Below are positions 11,756 through 14,127 of a stretch of 14,127 nucleotides of DNA, piece by piece. Within the stretch, counting starts at the first letter, position 1. Each line of letters starts with the position of its first letter. The translations under genes and the position numbers were made by a program. A model generated the notes under the pieces. The model saw only the letters and a program-made list of their open reading frames with translations, did not search any database and was not told the DNA's origin. Source of the stretch: a virus; IMG/VR virus record IMGVR_UViG_3300021399_000006, positions 1 through 14,127 of that record. One strand, given 5' to 3'.

Positions 11756-12394
11756 CTATTCTCGGAATCCTGAAAAGTCAATAATAATAGGATGACCATT
11801 TTTATATCCTACATTATCATAAGTTAAATCATCATCCCATTTAAGTTTTTTAATTAAAGTAAGAAATTCTTTAAACTCTTTTGGCCCACAATCTTTTAAT
11901 AAATCTATACACCAATCTGTATTTAAATCGTAATAACAATGATGTTTATGTAAAAAAGAATCCATTTTTATTGTTTTCTCTTTTGTTTTTTTGTAAGAAT
12001 TGTTAAAAGGGGTGCATTTTTCTTGTAAATAAATAGGATAATCGTCTACATAACCAATAAAAATAGTTTCCGCAAAAAATTTTTTAAAACGTGTAGAACA
12101 AATATCTTCATATCGTTCTACTTCTACATAGCAATAATCCCATTCGCATTCGGAACTTGCTCCAGTAAAATTACAAAAATTACCTTCGTAACATCCCTGA
12201 AAAGGAATTTTTATAACATAATCCTTATTTCTTGGTAAAATTGCAAGTTTCGTTGCTCCAAAATCATAATTAAAAATATATCCTTTATCAAAAAGATACG
12301 AAACCAATTCATCTACTCTTGTATCATCAAAAGCAGGATTTAAAAAGTTAAAACCTTTAAACATATTAAGAATTTCATCTTCATTAAATGTCAT
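11756..12394 (-). CDS. hypothetical protein (212 aa); terminates with TAG
   Basis: Long ORF; SD AAAAGGAG 12 nt upstream; promoter 12428-12456; stop codon TAG (11756-11758). Confidence 0.7.
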   Translation of the reverse strand: MTFNEDEILNMFKGFNFLNPAFDDTRVDELVSYLFDKGYIFNYDFGATKLAILPRNKDYVIKIPFQGCYEGNFCNFTGASSECEWDYCYVEVERYEDICSTRFKKFFAETIFIGYVDDYPIYLQEKCTPFNNSYKKTKEKTIKMDSFLHKHHCYYDLNTDWCIDLLKDCGPKEFKEFLTLIKKLKWDDDLTYDNVGYKNGHPIIIDFSGFRE

Positions 12395-12427
12395 ATATTA
12401 ATTATTCTCCTTTTATTTTATATTTTT

Positions 12428-12456
12428 ATTATAACAAAAAAAATAAAAAAAATCAA
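12428..12456 (-). promoter_or_regulatory. promoter TTGATT-17-TGTTATAAT; the -35 overlaps the upstream terminator stem
   Basis: -35 at 12451-12456, -10 at 12428-12433, TGn present; drives the CDS at 11756-12394. Confidence 0.65.
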
Positions 12457-12482
12457 AGAGACCCCGTAAAGGTATCTCTTTG
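12454..12482 (-). terminator. rho-independent terminator after the 286-aa gene
   Basis: Hairpin CAAAGAGA(cc)-CCGTAAA-(gg)TATCTCTTTG followed on the minus strand by ATTTTTTTTATTTTTTTTG. Confidence 0.7.
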
Positions 12483-12493
12483 ATTTTAGAGAA

Positions 12494-13354
12494 TTAAATC
12501 TTAATAGCTTTACAACGATTAAGAACAGTCTGTTTAACACCATTATAAATCTGATGTTTCTTTACAGTGCCAGTAAGAAGAATGGTGTCTCCGTTTTCAA
12601 TATCTTCATCAAGACCCGCGCCAGAGCAAAACCATGTAAGTACGTTATCACCCATTTTGAAAGTATACAGAATAGAAGTTCCATAATAACTTTCAACTGT
12701 GCGGGAACCTACAAGAGTAACATGAAGGTCTCTCAGGCGTTCCTTTTCTTCTCCAATATATTCAGAGTTAGATTTCGGCATACATGCTTCTTTAGCGGCA
12801 TCCGCTACTTCCTTAGCCCCTTCCTTGACAAGAGCCTTCTTAATACGCCATTTCCAATCAAAAACTTCATCAAAAGGAACAGAAGTCATGCCATATTCTG
12901 CGGGGACATCAATAGGATGAGAAGCATACCATCCCAGTTCAGGCTTAAAGCGGCAACCAGCTTCTTTAAGAGTATCTTTAATAGCGTAAGTATCTCCAAG
13001 GATAAGCCAGACAAGAGGATTCTCTATATCATAACCATTTTCCGCAAGGTAAATCCGCTTATTCTCTTCGCTTGCAGACTCCAGACCAAGCATTTCCGCA
13101 GCTTTCTTTTCCGCTTTTCTAGCTTTTGCTTTTTCCTGATTGGCAACGTACTTTTCATACTCTTCGGGAGTATAAGCCTTTACCCACTGACCCAGGCGGC
13201 GGCCGCCATTACAACGGAAGCATGTACCAAACCATCCGTACACACCAGTTCCGCCGCACTTATCACAAACTTCTTCAATATATGCTTTATGAGTATTTTC
13301 ATCTACTTTAACAATAGTTGCGTGTGCGTAAGAAGGGGCTACCATCCAAGTCAT
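12494..13354 (-). CDS. hypothetical protein (286 aa) with N-terminal double CxxCxGxG zinc-ribbon motif
   Basis: Long ORF; SD AAAAGGAGAAAGAAT-ATG; motifs CDKCGGTG and CFRCNGGR; intrinsic terminator immediately downstream. Confidence 0.75.
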   Translation of the reverse strand: MTWMVAPSYAHATIVKVDENTHKAYIEEVCDKCGGTGVYGWFGTCFRCNGGRRLGQWVKAYTPEEYEKYVANQEKAKARKAEKKAAEMLGLESASEENKRIYLAENGYDIENPLVWLILGDTYAIKDTLKEAGCRFKPELGWYASHPIDVPAEYGMTSVPFDEVFDWKWRIKKALVKEGAKEVADAAKEACMPKSNSEYIGEEKERLRDLHVTLVGSRTVESYYGTSILYTFKMGDNVLTWFCSGAGLDEDIENGDTILLTGTVKKHQIYNGVKQTVLNRCKAIKI

Positions 13355-13380
13355 ATTCTTTCTCCTTTTCTTTTGATTAA

Positions 13381-13620
13381 TCAGTGAAATCTACGTTCAA
13401 CTTCTCTTTTAATTTTTGCCTTATCTCTTGCAGAAAGGTCATTCAGATTAAGGTTATGTTTATCAAAAACCATTTCCTGAATATCATTAATATCATAACC
13501 TCTCTGAGCAAGAGAAACGAAATCTTTAATGGAAGCGTTAATACGGGCCTCTTTCGTATTTACCATATTATCCATTCCTTCTGCTTCCATCATATAGAGA
13601 CCATAAGGTGTATTAAACAT
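13381..13620 (-). CDS. hypothetical protein (79 aa)
   Basis: ORF; AAAGGA upstream; TGA stop. Only 26 nt separate its stop from the start of the next gene (operon). Confidence 0.6.
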   Translation of the reverse strand: MFNTPYGLYMMEAEGMDNMVNTKEARINASIKDFVSLAQRGYDINDIQEMVFDKHNLNLNDLSARDKAKIKREVERRFH

Positions 13621-13657
13621 TTTTTTTCATTTCCTTTCTTTCCTTATCTTTATATAT

Positions 13658-13686
13658 ATTATATAAAAAATTTTAAAAAAAATAAA
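13658..13686 (-). promoter_or_regulatory. putative promoter with good -10 (TATAAT) and weak -35 (TTTATT), downstream of a terminator
   Basis: The AT-rich cassette tatatatattatataaaaaattttaaaaaaaataaa resembles the other promoter cassettes and is followed by SD-ATG at 13620. Confidence 0.35.
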
Positions 13687-13706
13687 GGGGATGTATTACA
13701 TCCCCT
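13686..13706 (-). terminator. rho-independent terminator
   Basis: Hairpin AGGGGATGT-ATT-ACATCCCCT followed on the minus strand by TTTATTTTTTTTAAAATTTTTT; directly after the TAA stop of the upstream gene. Confidence 0.75.
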
Positions 13707-13711
13707 AAATA

Positions 13712-14127
13712 TTATTTATAAAAAGTTTTATTTAAATTATTTTTTGAGCAACTGATTACCATTTTATCAGAATAACAATCAATATAACATCTACCATTTT
13801 CATATGCCATCATAACGATAGCACCTTTATTAATAAAGACTTTATATGTTGATATACGGCCTCCGCTTGATTTACCATGATGATAATTAGATAATCCTAC
13901 TTTAGGTTTAGCGGCATTAATTTGTACTATCTTAACTCCATTTCTATCAGAGTGCCACTAAAGTTTAAATACATCACATTTTAAAGCACTACCTTTTTCT
14001 TTTACGAGTACGTCTATTGCTTCATACGATAGGTCTCCCGCAGTAAAAAATTTCCATCCATTTAAATTAAACATTAATGCAACAGACATCATGTTAACAA
14101 AATGGTGGTCATCAAATTGTTTAAGTT
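13712..14127 (-). CDS. 3' part of a gene that starts beyond the window end; about 138 codons open with one internal in-frame TAG (13958-13960)
   Basis: Frame ...LKQFDDHHFVNMMSVALMFNLNGWKFFTAGDLSYEAIDVLVKEKGSALKCDVFKL-TAG-WHSDRNGVKIVQINAAKPKVGLSNYHHGKSSGGRISTYKVFINKGAIVMMAYENGRCYIDCYSDKMVISCSKNNLNKTFYK-TAA. The stop lies just before the terminator hairpin. No TAA or TGA occurs across the whole span. Confidence 0.45.

Noticed and set aside
1-14127. CRISPR arrays, IS/transposase genes, rRNA
   Set aside because: No regularly spaced direct repeats with unique spacers, no transposase-like ORF or terminal inverted repeats, and no rRNA-like conserved blocks were seen.

Overview
This 14.1 kb window is AT-rich (about 30% GC) and looks phage-like. 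Every credible gene lies on the minus strand. The dominant feature is a large tRNA gene array. By manual cloverleaf folding I count about 27 canonical tRNAs plus about 8 irregular or partial tRNA-like elements, covering roughly 18 amino-acid specificities. The array is cut into short transcription units by at least 10 copies of a near-consensus sigma70-type promoter cassette (TTGAMW-17-[TGn]TATAAT followed by a conserved ATTTATAGAAAATGAAAGA box). Small SD-preceded protein genes are interleaved with the tRNA blocks, and three intrinsic terminators are visible. Four observations stand out. (1) A class-I tRNA with anticodon CUA, i.e. an amber suppressor, is the first gene after one promoter. (2) Two long reading frames that are otherwise open each carry a single in-frame TAG, while two neighbouring ORFs still terminate on TAG. 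This pattern fits partial or temporal TAG reassignment (a code-15-like lifestyle, as described in some crAss-like and Lak-type phages), which is an inference here. (3) A roughly 550-nt tRNA-framed structure consists of complementary acceptor strands, a T-arm and a 13/14-bp closing helix, and it encloses one of the TAG-containing ORFs. Its architecture resembles an intron- or insert-bearing tRNA, or a tmRNA. (4) There is a family of truncated T-arm / 'armless' tRNA-like elements and repeated sequence boxes whose function is unknown. All calls were made by eye without tools. Coordinates of tRNA ends may be off by 1-2 nt, and the odd tRNAs need confirmation with tRNAscan-SE/ARAGORN/Infernal.
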